A DNA stretch of 64,000 nucleotides from NCBI GenBank assembly GCA_964634215.1, contig CAZWKR010000010.1, positions 42,167-106,166 of the forward strand. Reading direction: 5' to 3'. Within the stretch, counting starts at the first letter, position 1. Each line of letters begins with the position of its first letter. Position numbers and translations under genes: made by a program. This DNA comes from an uncultured bacterium (lineage in GTDB: Bacteria; Fidelibacterota; Marinisomatia; Marinisomatales; JAHJCW01). Under the pieces are notes generated by a model. It saw nothing but the letters and a program-made list of their open reading frames with translations, was not told the origin of the DNA and made no database searches. Positions 31,639 to 44,201 of the stretch are shown piece after piece.

Positions 31639-33129
31639 ATGACAGAAGAACACAGTAGTTTAAAACAAATAATTGATTTTCGTTTAGAAAAATTAGAAAA
31701 ACTTCGTGAGAATGGAGTTAATCCGTATCCATATTCTTATTCTATTTCTCACAAAAGTGAAGACATATTAAAGAATGAAAAGCAACTTGAAGGGGAGACG
31801 GTTACCATTGCAGGCAGATTAATGTCTCTACGAAAAATGGGAAAAGCTTCATTTTGTAATATTCAAGATGAAGCTGGTAGGATACAAATATATGTAAGGA
31901 GAGATGATGTAGGTGTGGATTCGTACACGAATTTTAAATTATTAGATATTGGTGATTTTATTGGAATTGAGGGAGACGTATTTAAAACTAAAATGGGTGA
32001 AACTTCAATCCATGCTAACGTATTGACAATTTTATCAAAAAGTATTCGGCCAATTCCAATTGTTAAGGAAAAAGAGGGTGAGGAATTTGATTCATTTGCT
32101 GACAAGGAACTGCGCTATCGAAATAGACATTTGGATTTAATTGTAAATCATAACGTAAAAGAAACGTTTATTAAGCGAGCAAAAATTATATCATCTATTA
32201 GACAATTTCTTGATAATGATGGATTCATCGAAGTAGAAACACCTGTACTGCAACAGCTTTATGGCGGTGCAAATGCTCGTCCATTTTCAACACACCACAA
32301 TTCTTTGGATCAAGAATTATATTTACGTATTGCGGATGAATTATATCTAAAAAGATTAATTATCGGCGGAATTGACAAAGTATATGAGTTGGCAAAAAAC
32401 TTCCGGAATGAAGGGATTGACCGTAACCACAATCCTGAATTCACAATGCTAGAATTTTATCAAGCATATGTCGACTACGAATATATAATGGATCTTGTTG
32501 AGAAACTCATCCGTAGTGCAGCTGATACCGTTGGAAATCAAAAAGTTGTTTGGGGAGATATGAAAATTGATTTATCTACTGCTTTTGCTCGAAAACCTAT
32601 TTTCGAATTGTTAAGTGATGCGACCGGTGTGGATGTCTCAAATTTAAACGAAAAAGAATTAGTCTCTATTTGTGATAAATTTAAAATAGACACTGCTCCT
32701 AATTTAAATTATGGTCAACTATTAGATTTATTGATGAGTAAACTTGTTGAACCAAACCTTATACAGCCAACATTCGTAATTGATTATCCAAAAGCAATTT
32801 CACCATTAGCAAAAAAACATCGTGGTGGAAATACTGAATTAGTTGAAAGATTTGAATTATTTATAGGTGGAATGGAGTTCGCAAATGCATTTTCAGAGCT
32901 TAACGATCCGATTGATCAAAGAGAAAGATTTGAAAGTCAGGACAAACTTGGAAAAGAAGGGGATGAAGAAGCACACCCTGTAGATGAAGATTTCTTACAA
33001 GCAGTTGAGAGCGGTATGCCCCCAACTGGTGGAGTGGGTGTCGGAATTGACCGATTAGTAATGTTATTGACCGATAATAGATGGATAAAAGACGTAATAT
33101 TATTTCCAACGCTTCGAGAAAATAGTTAG
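31639..33129 (+). CDS. lysS: Lysine--tRNA ligase (class II)
   Basis: MGKASF, EVETP, YLRIADELYLKRL, FRNEG, PPTGGVGVGIDRL. Confidence 0.97.
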   Translation: MTEEHSSLKQIIDFRLEKLEKLRENGVNPYPYSYSISHKSEDILKNEKQLEGETVTIAGRLMSLRKMGKASFCNIQDEAGRIQIYVRRDDVGVDSYTNFKLLDIGDFIGIEGDVFKTKMGETSIHANVLTILSKSIRPIPIVKEKEGEEFDSFADKELRYRNRHLDLIVNHNVKETFIKRAKIISSIRQFLDNDGFIEVETPVLQQLYGGANARPFSTHHNSLDQELYLRIADELYLKRLIIGGIDKVYELAKNFRNEGIDRNHNPEFTMLEFYQAYVDYEYIMDLVEKLIRSAADTVGNQKVVWGDMKIDLSTAFARKPIFELLSDATGVDVSNLNEKELVSICDKFKIDTAPNLNYGQLLDLLMSKLVEPNLIQPTFVIDYPKAISPLAKKHRGGNTELVERFELFIGGMEFANAFSELNDPIDQRERFESQDKLGKEGDEEAHPVDEDFLQAVESGMPPTGGVGVGIDRLVMLLTDNRWIKDVILFPTLRENS

Positions 33130-33141
33130 CAAGTTACTAAT

Positions 33142-34347
33142 TTGAGATTAGTACGACAGATTGCTTTCCGCCATTTAAAGGCTCCTCAAAAAGGCAGTTT
33201 TACTACCTTTGCAGCTATTTTAGCAATCCTTGGTCTGGGGTTGGGTATTGCAGCGTTAGTGTTGACATTTAGCATATTAGAGGGTTTTGAATCCACGATT
33301 TCGGAAAAAATAGCTCAATTTGATGGACATATCAGAGTAGAGCATTTTATGAACCGTACTTTAAAAGAAAGCGATGCAGTATTAGACAGTGCTCTGCAAA
33401 AAAGTCCGGTTAGTTATTCTAAAACTTCTTATATCCAAAGCCCTGCATTACTCCGAAAAGGATCCAATGCAGACGGTGTAATCACAATTGGGTTAAGCGA
33501 GATGGGTAGAGATTCAATATTGTTTTCAATAGTTAATGAAGGGTCAGCTGAACTTAATTTAAAATCCATCATTATAGGTAAACGATTGGCAGATAATCTA
33601 GGAGTGGGAATTGGTGATAGAATTGTATTGTTCGATTTACAATCGATAGGTAGAATATCAGGTAGTCAACGCTTTCGACAATTCACTGTGACCGGTTTGT
33701 TCCATTCAGGATTATTAGAATATGATAAAACTGTAGTTTATGTTGATATCGCAGATGCGCAATATATATTTAATTCCAGCGATAGATTAAGTGGACATAT
33801 GTTATTCACAAATAATTTGGATGATGTCAAACCATTATATCGACATTTAGAATCTGAGTTAGGGTATCCATATTTTGTGCTTTCGTGGATAGATAAACAT
33901 AAAATCTTGTTTGATTGGATTAATCTACAAAAATGGCCGATACTAATAATATTTGGAATGATTTCACTCGTCGGTATTGTAAATATAATATCATCTTTAT
34001 CTATGATAATATTTGAAAAAGTACGTGAAATAGGAACCCTACTATCTCTTGGGTTAAGAAAAAAACATGTTAAATTAATATTCCTGTTCGAAGGATTAAT
34101 TATTGGTATTTTGGGATCATTATTAGGATTAGTAATCGCCAGTGGTTTAGCACTCATTCAAGTAAAGTTTCAAATATTTAGTTTGCCGGAAGATATATAT
34201 TTTATGGATCACATACCGATAAAAATCGATTGGTTAAATACATTACTAATTATTTCAATTGGAATAATTTCAGCATTAGCTGCATCACTTTGGCCAGTGT
34301 ATAGAGCTAGTAAAATTAATCCGGCAGAAGCCTTACGATACGAATGA
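33142..34347 (+). CDS. LolC/E-family ABC transporter permease
   Basis: MacB/FtsX architecture, EKVREIGTL, INPAEALRYE. Confidence 0.85.
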   Translation: MRLVRQIAFRHLKAPQKGSFTTFAAILAILGLGLGIAALVLTFSILEGFESTISEKIAQFDGHIRVEHFMNRTLKESDAVLDSALQKSPVSYSKTSYIQSPALLRKGSNADGVITIGLSEMGRDSILFSIVNEGSAELNLKSIIIGKRLADNLGVGIGDRIVLFDLQSIGRISGSQRFRQFTVTGLFHSGLLEYDKTVVYVDIADAQYIFNSSDRLSGHMLFTNNLDDVKPLYRHLESELGYPYFVLSWIDKHKILFDWINLQKWPILIIFGMISLVGIVNIISSLSMIIFEKVREIGTLLSLGLRKKHVKLIFLFEGLIIGILGSLLGLVIASGLALIQVKFQIFSLPEDIYFMDHIPIKIDWLNTLLIISIGIISALAASLWPVYRASKINPAEALRYE

Positions 34348-35543
34348 AATTCTCTACATATATTGCAAAAAGATTTATGCTTGGTGGTAAAGGAGCCGGT
34401 ACGAGCAGGTTTACCGGTTGGATTGCGATTATCGGAATGGCGATTGGTTGTTTTGCTCTAATTATTTCGATTGCAGTGTTGAACGGTTTCGAATTGCAAG
34501 TTGCTGAAAAAATAATTGGATTTGAAGGTGATTTGAGAATATCAAAGATCAATCAAAGTATAGATAAAGATATTCTAAATTATTTAAAAAATAATGAAGG
34601 GATATCTCAAATTGAACCATTTATGGAACGTAAAGGAGTTGTATTAACAAAAAATAATGATGTAAGGATGGTATCATTTAAGGCAGTATCATTTGATCAA
34701 ATTATTGAATTTTATAATCTTGGTCTTGATTCAGTTACGCTTAGTAGAGATACTCCGCAGTTATTTTTAGGTACATTATTAGCTGAACGACTACAAGTAA
34801 AAGTTGGTGATAATATTAAATTAATGAGTCCGATTGATAGTCCTTTACAAATCGGTTTACCGCGAATATTGAATGCAGAGGTAGTAGGGATATTTCAAAT
34901 TGATGTACTTGATTATGATGATAGAATTGTATTCATTCCCTTAAAATACGGTAAACAATTATTCTTAAGAAAAAAATCTGTAGATGGATATGATACTAGA
35001 CTAGTAGATCGAGAGAACATAGATACAGTTAAAGAAGAATTGCGATCACAATTTGACTCAAGCGCAAGAATTGAAAGTTGGGAAGATATTCACCAAGGAT
35101 TATTTAATGCCATGCGAATGGAACGAATTGGAGCAATATTTGTGTTGAGTTTAATTGTTTTGGTAGCTGCATTCAATTTAACATCAACTTTGGTTTTGGT
35201 CACCTATCAAAAGATCAGAGAAATTGGAATATTAAGGACTTTAGGAGCTTCGGCGAAGGTGATTAAATCAATAATAATTAAACAAGGGATAATAATTGGC
35301 GGAGTTGGTGCCATCGTTGGTATAGTATTAAGTGTAGGAATAGTGATTTTACAGAATTATTATGGATTTCTACCTCTTCCACAAGATATTTACGCTTTTA
35401 ACAAATTACCAATGATTTTATCCATTTGGGACGTTATCCTTGTTCCATTCATAGCATTTTTATTGATAATATTATCATCCTACATTGCCGCTAAAAAGGC
35501 GATGTTAATTGAACCAAAAGAAGCAGTACACTTAGAAAAATGA
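34344..35543 (+). CDS. LolC/E-family ABC transporter permease
   Basis: AVLNGFE, VAAFN, KIREIGILRTLG; tandem with the previous permease. Confidence 0.85.
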   Translation: MKFSTYIAKRFMLGGKGAGTSRFTGWIAIIGMAIGCFALIISIAVLNGFELQVAEKIIGFEGDLRISKINQSIDKDILNYLKNNEGISQIEPFMERKGVVLTKNNDVRMVSFKAVSFDQIIEFYNLGLDSVTLSRDTPQLFLGTLLAERLQVKVGDNIKLMSPIDSPLQIGLPRILNAEVVGIFQIDVLDYDDRIVFIPLKYGKQLFLRKKSVDGYDTRLVDRENIDTVKEELRSQFDSSARIESWEDIHQGLFNAMRMERIGAIFVLSLIVLVAAFNLTSTLVLVTYQKIREIGILRTLGASAKVIKSIIIKQGIIIGGVGAIVGIVLSVGIVILQNYYGFLPLPQDIYAFNKLPMILSIWDVILVPFIAFLLIILSSYIAAKKAMLIEPKEAVHLEK

Positions 35544-36211
35544 TATTAGAAGCTAAAAATATTTACAAATCATTCAGGAATGGTGAAAAGAAATTACCGG
35601 TGCTAACCGATTTAAATATTAGTGTTGATAAGCAGGAAACTTTAACAATCATGGGTCCTTCCGGTTCGGGGAAATCTACACTTTTACATATTTTAGGTAC
35701 CTTAGACAGGCCTGATTCGGGAACTGTTATTATCAACCAAAATGATGTTAGTTCTCTAAAAGAAGAAACATTAGCGCTTTTACGTAGCCGTGAAATTGGT
35801 TTTATATTTCAGTTCCATCATTTATTACCGGAATTTACAGCATTTGAAAATGTGCTTATTCCTACACAAATCCTCGGCAATACTGATGATAAAATCAAAC
35901 ATACTGAGGAATTGTTTGATTATATTGGCTTAAAGGAGCGCAAGGAACACTATCCATCACAATTATCTGGTGGTGAACGGCTTAGAGTTGCCGTCATGCG
36001 AGCATTGATAAATAATCCATCAATAATATTTGCTGACGAACCCACCGGAAATCTTGACGCAGAAAATGCAAAAAAATTGTTAAAATTATTTAATAATATT
36101 AGTAAAGATTTCGAACAATCATTTGTGATTACTACTCACAACGAAGAAGTGGCTGTACTTGGAGACAGGCAATTCATCTTAGATAATGGAGTACTTAATA
36201 GCAGGGGTTAG
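35540..36211 (+). CDS. lolD: Lipoprotein-releasing ABC transporter ATP-binding protein
   Basis: GPSGSGKST, FIFQFHHLLPEF, LSGGE, ADEPTGNLD. Confidence 0.88.
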   Translation: MILEAKNIYKSFRNGEKKLPVLTDLNISVDKQETLTIMGPSGSGKSTLLHILGTLDRPDSGTVIINQNDVSSLKEETLALLRSREIGFIFQFHHLLPEFTAFENVLIPTQILGNTDDKIKHTEELFDYIGLKERKEHYPSQLSGGERLRVAVMRALINNPSIIFADEPTGNLDAENAKKLLKLFNNISKDFEQSFVITTHNEEVAVLGDRQFILDNGVLNSRG

Positions 36212-36290
36212 GGTTCAGGGGTTAATAAAGAATTTTTGAATTTTGTGTATTGAATTACTAATTCGCAAATTTCCACATTCCTGCAATAAT

Positions 36291-36361
36291 CTGCCATTTG
36301 TTGTCGAGATAAGCCAGTCTCTGCCATATTGGTAGATAAATCTTCTTGGCATATTAATTGT
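36291..36361 (+). promoter_or_regulatory. Candidate sigma-54-type promoter with upstream repeated CTGCCA boxes before dnaK
   Basis: CTGCCAT at 36291 and 36321 (second is near-palindromic CTGCCA-TAT-TGGTAG); TGGCATATTAATTGT at 36347-36361 has -24/-12 spacing. Confidence 0.45.
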
Positions 36362-36393
36362 TAATACTATGATGAATTATAAAAATTTATTAG

Positions 36394-38316
<1,923 letters not shown>

Positions 38317-38348
38317 TCGATAAAAATCCTCAAGGTATGAAAAAACAT

Positions 38349-38384
38349 AAACCCTCAAGGTTTACTAAACCTTGAGGGTTTTTT
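38349..38384 (+). terminator. Intrinsic terminator / REP-like hairpin after dnaK
   Basis: AAACCCTCAAGGTTT-ACT-AAACCTTGAGGGTTT perfect 15-bp stem followed by a T run. Confidence 0.85.
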
Positions 38385-38490
38385 ATTTACTGCTTTTAAA
38401 ATCTTTAATAATTATTATCACAGGACGCTTTTTTGTATGTGGAACTACTCTATATGAATGTTGTAAACTTGAATAGTACAATTATTATTA

Positions 38491-41400
38491 ATGAAGAACA
38501 TAATTAAGATAGTTTTATTGATTCTTATCCCAATAGTGGGAGTTTTGGTTCTATCATATCCGGGAGTGTGGAAATATAGAGCTGAGAATATTTTAAACAG
38601 AAAAGTCCTAAGAAATAGTGGATGGGAACTTTCAATCGGTGAATTAAGCGGACATCTTTTTAAACAAGTTGAAAGTAAAAATATTGAAATCACTCACGAA
38701 AACGGTACAAAAATTTACGTACCAAGTTTAAATGCACAGTTTAATGTATTCAAATCATTAACAGGCAATTTGCATTTGAAAGAATTAAATATTAATAATT
38801 TTTATTTTCAACAAGCAACTCAAAAAAGTACTGAAAATAAAGTATTTATACTTCCCGATTTAAATTATGGAAAATTCCCACTAAAGATTGATCAAATCCA
38901 TTTTGATGGAACACTTGCTGTAGCTTTAGTTGATTCGACGCATATGATTGATTTAGATATTCTAAGTGAAATTAGACCAGACGAAAGCGGATTAAACATT
39001 AATTTAGATTCATTATTTTTTAAGCACCATGATATGGATTTTCCGCTTATTTTTAACAAAACTAAGATCAATATAAACAATAGGATAATTAATGCAAATC
39101 CAATTAATGGCTCAATTGCAGACGTATTAATCGATGGGCAATTGACTTTCTCCCAAACAGTCAATCAGCAGTTAGAAGGAAATATAAATGTTAATAATAT
39201 AGTAATTCCAGATAAGTTATTTGAAAAAACACCATTACAAATAAAATTTTCAGAAATTAATTCAAATTTAAGATTTGATACTAATTTCAAAAATTATTCA
39301 GGTATTGTGTCATTAAATAATAATTTGGGACTTAATATGATCGGTGACTTTAATATCACCAAACTGAATAATCGGTGGTTGGCCCAACAAATCGTATTAA
39401 AAAGTGAAGATGCGAGATTGTTAATCCATGGAGATTGGATAGATAATAAAGAATTGAAGGCGAATTTTGATCTTAAACAATTGGATTTGAGTAAATGGCT
39501 TACACAGCAACGATCTACTGATTTATCGGGAATTGCAACTTTTAATACATTTCTTGACAGTGGATATATTAAGTCATTAGCAGTAAGATTGGAGACTCAA
39601 GAAGTGGCATTATTTGAAAAGGACACTATTTCCGTTAACGGAGCTTTCGTTTATGAAGATAATCAAATAAATTTTGCAGAACCATTTACTGTGTCAGTGG
39701 GTCCAAGTTCAATTACTTCTGTAGGTGAAATAGATTTTACGGAGAAAGAAATTGATCTTAATTTGACTTTAACAGACGCGGACGTATTCATTATTAATAA
39801 TTTTTGGAGTGATTCATTAGATAATGGCACAATATCTGGCAATATTAAAGCATCCGGTCAAATTGATAATCCAAAAATTGAGGGTACTTTACTAGGAAAG
39901 AATATCGCATATAAGGAATTTTTCTTAGCTGAAATAGAGTTAGATGGCAAACGTGAGAAAGTTAACGAACTATTAGGTTCTGCTCAGTTGAATTTAGGAA
40001 ACGGTAAGTGGAAAAATATCGAGTTTGAGAAAGGGGAAATTGATATATTATTTAAAAACGAAGAAACACAGTTTACTCATGTAAATATTGTTAATGGGAA
40101 TGAGTATCTTTTTGGAATTGGTGTACTAGATAATAAGAATAATTTACACATTGATGATATCAAGATTTTCTATGATAATCATTATTTTGTGAATACAACT
40201 CCATTTAAAATAAATTATGTGAGAACTAATTTCAATATTAGTCCGTTTATGGCACATTTAGATGACGGTGTGATAGAAGGGGAACTATCTTATAATAAAT
40301 TATTAAATGGGAATATTAAATTTTCCAATATTGATTCTAAATTATTGCATCCATTCATTAAGAATCAAAGATATAGATTCTCAGGACTAATGTTTGGTAA
40401 AATTAATTTTGATAATTATACAGGCGATCAAAATTATTCATTTGATATATCGGTAAAGAACGGAGCTTTCGCAAAAGAACCATTTGAGCAATTAAAAGCG
40501 ACAATGGAATACAACAATCAAATTCTTAATATTGCTGAACTTGTATTGAAAGAAAACGCAAATTCCAATATAAATATTACAGGTAGTATACCTTTTGGTG
40601 AAGCTAGTAAAGCAGGAAAAATACAGCTTCAATCAAAATATCAAAATACAGATATTAAAACTATTACCCAATTTTTACCGGATTGGTTTGATATAACTGG
40701 TAAGGCTAGTGGAGAGCTAAATATAAATGGTACTAGTAAAAGTATGATCAGTGATTTTAATGTAACAATTAATAATTCTACTTTTGATAAAATTTCACTT
40801 GGAACCGTACGTTCTAGAGGTGGTTATGATGGCAGAAATTTAAATTTTTATTCATATTCATCTGATTTAATTGATGATCATTTTACAGGTTATGGGTATT
40901 TGCCTATTGATCTAAATATTAAATCTGATATATTTGGAAAATTTCATACTAATGATTCATTGTATATATTTGTTGAGGGAAAATCATCAAATTTAGACTT
41001 TATTACAAATTATTTTGATGAAACTGATAAAGCGCCCGGTGAATATTTACTTGCCCTAGAGCTTAGTGGTATCTGGAATAATATAATTCGACATGGTAGA
41101 ATAAATATTAGTAAAGCATCAGTATTTACTCCATTATTAGATGATGCAATTGAAGAATTACATGGTTTCATAACGATTGATGATAACAAGTTAATTATTG
41201 AAAATTTACATGGTAAAATGCATCGGAATATAAAGCGTGGTTCAGCAAAAAAATATAATATTTCACTTTCAGGTGGAATGGATATGACAAGTTTTTTCAA
41301 TCCATATCTAAATATCAATGCCATAGGTGAAAATGCCTATTTCCGATCATTAATATATGAGATTGAAGGAGTTACCGACTTTAATATAAATGTTACGGGC

Positions 41401-42252
41401 CAGGATACAATTCAAATTTCAGGAGAAGTCGCTCCAATCGATGTCGAAATGTTTCAACAGTTGACTACAAGTGAGTTGGGTGTGTTACCATCAGAAGTTG
41501 GCAGTACGATTATTCATTATAAGATTGATTTTCCAATTAAGGGAAAATTCACATTAACTAATGATCAGTTTGATGCAATTTTGATAGGTGATGCAAGTAT
41601 TAACCAATTCGGTGGTCGTGAAATGGACTTTGCCGGAGAACTTATCATTGAAGAAGGTAAATTTTACTATTATGGTGACGTGTTCACAATTACTGAGGGA
41701 TATCTAACATTTGATAATCATGGATTTAATCCCTATTTGGATATTTCCGCGAATACAACCATAGATGGAGAACGAATTGAAATTAACATAATTGGGCTGA
41801 TAGATAATTCAGTACTAACATTTACATCTGAAAGTGGATTTTCACAGAGCGATATTTTAGAATTGCTCACATGGCGTAAACGATTTGAAGATCAGAAATT
41901 TTCCTCAACAGAAATAGGTTACCAAGCATCTGATATCGTATTTTCTTGGTTTGGCAGCCAACTGGATAAAAATATATTGAAATTATCAGGACTAAATCGC
42001 TTAAGTATTCTGGAGAATGTTGACATACATGGAACCACCGGACTATTGACTGCCGGCAAAGATTTTTCTATTTCTGCTCCCTTAACAGATAATGTTTCAG
42101 TCAACTATGCATATAGAAGATCTTTTGGTTTATTAGATTCTTATCATTCTTTAGGAATTGAGTTACGTCTTAATCGAAATTTATCATTAGTTGGAAATAT
42201 TGACAGAAGTGGTTATATGCATGTAAAATACCGGCTTCGTTACACATACTGA
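38491..42252 (+). CDS. TamB/AsmA-like translocation and assembly module protein
   Basis: 1253 aa, N-terminal TM anchor, beta-rich repeats, C-terminal NPYLDI...SQSDILELL...YRLRYTY typical of DUF490; adjacent to an Omp85 gene. Confidence 0.75.
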   Translation: MKNIIKIVLLILIPIVGVLVLSYPGVWKYRAENILNRKVLRNSGWELSIGELSGHLFKQVESKNIEITHENGTKIYVPSLNAQFNVFKSLTGNLHLKELNINNFYFQQATQKSTENKVFILPDLNYGKFPLKIDQIHFDGTLAVALVDSTHMIDLDILSEIRPDESGLNINLDSLFFKHHDMDFPLIFNKTKININNRIINANPINGSIADVLIDGQLTFSQTVNQQLEGNINVNNIVIPDKLFEKTPLQIKFSEINSNLRFDTNFKNYSGIVSLNNNLGLNMIGDFNITKLNNRWLAQQIVLKSEDARLLIHGDWIDNKELKANFDLKQLDLSKWLTQQRSTDLSGIATFNTFLDSGYIKSLAVRLETQEVALFEKDTISVNGAFVYEDNQINFAEPFTVSVGPSSITSVGEIDFTEKEIDLNLTLTDADVFIINNFWSDSLDNGTISGNIKASGQIDNPKIEGTLLGKNIAYKEFFLAEIELDGKREKVNELLGSAQLNLGNGKWKNIEFEKGEIDILFKNEETQFTHVNIVNGNEYLFGIGVLDNKNNLHIDDIKIFYDNHYFVNTTPFKINYVRTNFNISPFMAHLDDGVIEGELSYNKLLNGNIKFSNIDSKLLHPFIKNQRYRFSGLMFGKINFDNYTGDQNYSFDISVKNGAFAKEPFEQLKATMEYNNQILNIAELVLKENANSNINITGSIPFGEASKAGKIQLQSKYQNTDIKTITQFLPDWFDITGKASGELNINGTSKSMISDFNVTINNSTFDKISLGTVRSRGGYDGRNLNFYSYSSDLIDDHFTGYGYLPIDLNIKSDIFGKFHTNDSLYIFVEGKSSNLDFITNYFDETDKAPGEYLLALELSGIWNNIIRHGRINISKASVFTPLLDDAIEELHGFITIDDNKLIIENLHGKMHRNIKRGSAKKYNISLSGGMDMTSFFNPYLNINAIGENAYFRSLIYEIEGVTDFNINVTGQDTIQISGEVAPIDVEMFQQLTTSELGVLPSEVGSTIIHYKIDFPIKGKFTLTNDQFDAILIGDASINQFGGREMDFAGELIIEEGKFYYYGDVFTITEGYLTFDNHGFNPYLDISANTTIDGERIEINIIGLIDNSVLTFTSESGFSQSDILELLTWRKRFEDQKFSSTEIGYQASDIVFSWFGSQLDKNILKLSGLNRLSILENVDIHGTTGLLTAGKDFSISAPLTDNVSVNYAYRRSFGLLDSYHSLGIELRLNRNLSLVGNIDRSGYMHVKYRLRYTY

Positions 42253-42258
42253 TGTAAT

Positions 42259-44109
42259 ATGAGTAAACTATCAATAATATTATTTACAATAATTTTCGCA
42301 TGTATTGGATTCTCACAAGAAAATATACAGAGGAAGATAAATGATGTAAATCTTGTTGGTGTTGAAAATTATAGTGAAAATCAAATTCGTAATATGTTAC
42401 GTATTCATGAAGCTGGATTTTTCTCAAAAATGGATTTTGATCGTAGGCTAATCAAATTAGATGCCATAAATATTAAAACATTTTATGTCTCCAAGGGATA
42501 TTTAGGGGTTACCGTTAAAGATTCAGTTTCAATCACAAATAATTTGGTGGATATTTATTTTCTTATAGATGAAGGAAAGCGGTATTTTATCAGATCATTA
42601 GCTATAACTGGGAACGAATCATTAAGCAATAAAACAATTTATAGAATTCTTGGATTAAAAAAATTGAGGGCATTCAATCCAGTTAAAACCAACACAAATT
42701 ATAATTTATTAGAAGATCAGTATAGAGAAATCGGCAAACTTTTTGCTAACATTAATATCTCTGATGCTATTAAAGATTCTGTTGATATTAATATACTGAT
42801 AAATGAAGGTTATGATGTTTATATAAATAATACATTTTTTTCTGGGCTTGGAAATATAGATTCTGCTATAGTTCTTAGGGAATTGTTGTTTAAAAAAGGA
42901 GACAAGTATAACCAATCAGATATCAATAATAGCCAAAGACAGTTACTGCAAACCGGTATTTTCTCAGTAGCAAATATTACACCCGTAAAACTTGCTAAAA
43001 GTGACTCATTAGTAAATATATTGATTGAATTTCGACCATTTAAACCACGAGAATGGTTATCTGAAGGTGGTTATTATCCAATTGAGTATTATGAAGGAAC
43101 TGAACCGGTTCCCGGAGCAGGTGTACTTGTTGAATGGCGCAATAGAAGTCTAATTAATTCAGGAACAAGTTTATCATTAAAGTTAAGCGGTCAATCTTTA
43201 ATTAGTAACAATACTCTTAATCCAAAAATGAGGTTTGATATAAGTCTGGCCAATCCATGGCTTTTTAAATCAAAAATTCCTACTAGAACCCAAATATACT
43301 TAGAATCCTTTAAGGATTATATTTCACTTGGGGCTCCCTATGTCACAAGATATGGAATTGAGCTAATAAATACACTCTTTATTGATAATATTGAACGCAG
43401 ATCATACATTGAAACACGCTTGTATTTAGATAGATTTTCTAGAAAAGACTATCTATATATTGATAATGATGCTCCGCTGAATCTAATTGATAATTCTGAA
43501 AATAGTCAAAATATTAAAATTGAAAAACATTCATTTGAGATTAATTTCAGATTAGATAAATCAGACAATGTATTATATCCAACTGAAGGATTGGTTTACC
43601 TAGTTCAAATGACCAGAACAGGTGGAATATTGGGTGGAAATCGAAGTTTTGGAAAATTTGATATTGGGATTCATGCTTACAAAAAGTTATATAAGGAAAT
43701 TATTTTTGCCAGTCGTTTGAAATACGGGGAGATAATTGGGTGGGATGCAATCTATCATGACTACCTTTACGATAAATTCTATCTTGGAGGAAGTAATAGT
43801 TTAAGAGGTTGGGATATGTTAAGATATAGAACTGATAATAATAACCTCCCAGTAGGAGATATTATACGTATCATGGGTAATTGGGAAATACGTTTCCCTT
43901 TATTTTGGATATTAGGCGGTGAAATATTTATTGATGGGGGGCACATTTATAGCAGTTTCGATGACATATCACTGAATAAGCTTAGTTGGGATAGTGGCTT
44001 TGGAATAACTTTAGCTACACCATTAGGACCGGTGCGTTTAGATGCAGCACATCCATTAGAGAAAAACGCAAATTGGCAAATACAATTAGGAGTTCAATAT
44101 ATATTTTGA
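42259..44109 (+). CDS. Omp85-family (TamA/BamA-like) outer-membrane protein
   Basis: Signal peptide, about three POTRA domains, FYLGGSNSLRGW, TPLGPVRLD, C-terminal Phe. Confidence 0.85.
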   Translation: MSKLSIILFTIIFACIGFSQENIQRKINDVNLVGVENYSENQIRNMLRIHEAGFFSKMDFDRRLIKLDAINIKTFYVSKGYLGVTVKDSVSITNNLVDIYFLIDEGKRYFIRSLAITGNESLSNKTIYRILGLKKLRAFNPVKTNTNYNLLEDQYREIGKLFANINISDAIKDSVDINILINEGYDVYINNTFFSGLGNIDSAIVLRELLFKKGDKYNQSDINNSQRQLLQTGIFSVANITPVKLAKSDSLVNILIEFRPFKPREWLSEGGYYPIEYYEGTEPVPGAGVLVEWRNRSLINSGTSLSLKLSGQSLISNNTLNPKMRFDISLANPWLFKSKIPTRTQIYLESFKDYISLGAPYVTRYGIELINTLFIDNIERRSYIETRLYLDRFSRKDYLYIDNDAPLNLIDNSENSQNIKIEKHSFEINFRLDKSDNVLYPTEGLVYLVQMTRTGGILGGNRSFGKFDIGIHAYKKLYKEIIFASRLKYGEIIGWDAIYHDYLYDKFYLGGSNSLRGWDMLRYRTDNNNLPVGDIIRIMGNWEIRFPLFWILGGEIFIDGGHIYSSFDDISLNKLSWDSGFGITLATPLGPVRLDAAHPLEKNANWQIQLGVQYIF

Positions 44110-44140
44110 TTTTAATGATATATATTCTTTTTAATATTTA

Positions 44141-44170
44141 TTGAAAATTCACATTTCAATCACATAAATT
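44141..44170 (+). promoter_or_regulatory. Candidate sigma-70 promoter
   Basis: TTGAAA-18 bp-TAAATT upstream of the TPR lipoprotein gene. Confidence 0.35.
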
Positions 44171-44201
44171 TTCGGTTATTTATATAGGGATAAATCTAAA
44201 A

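Noticed and set aside
36204..36224. GGGGTTAGGGTTCAGGGGTTA telomere-like / G-quadruplex candidate
   Set aside because: Only three G-tracts, single short occurrence overlapping the lolD stop
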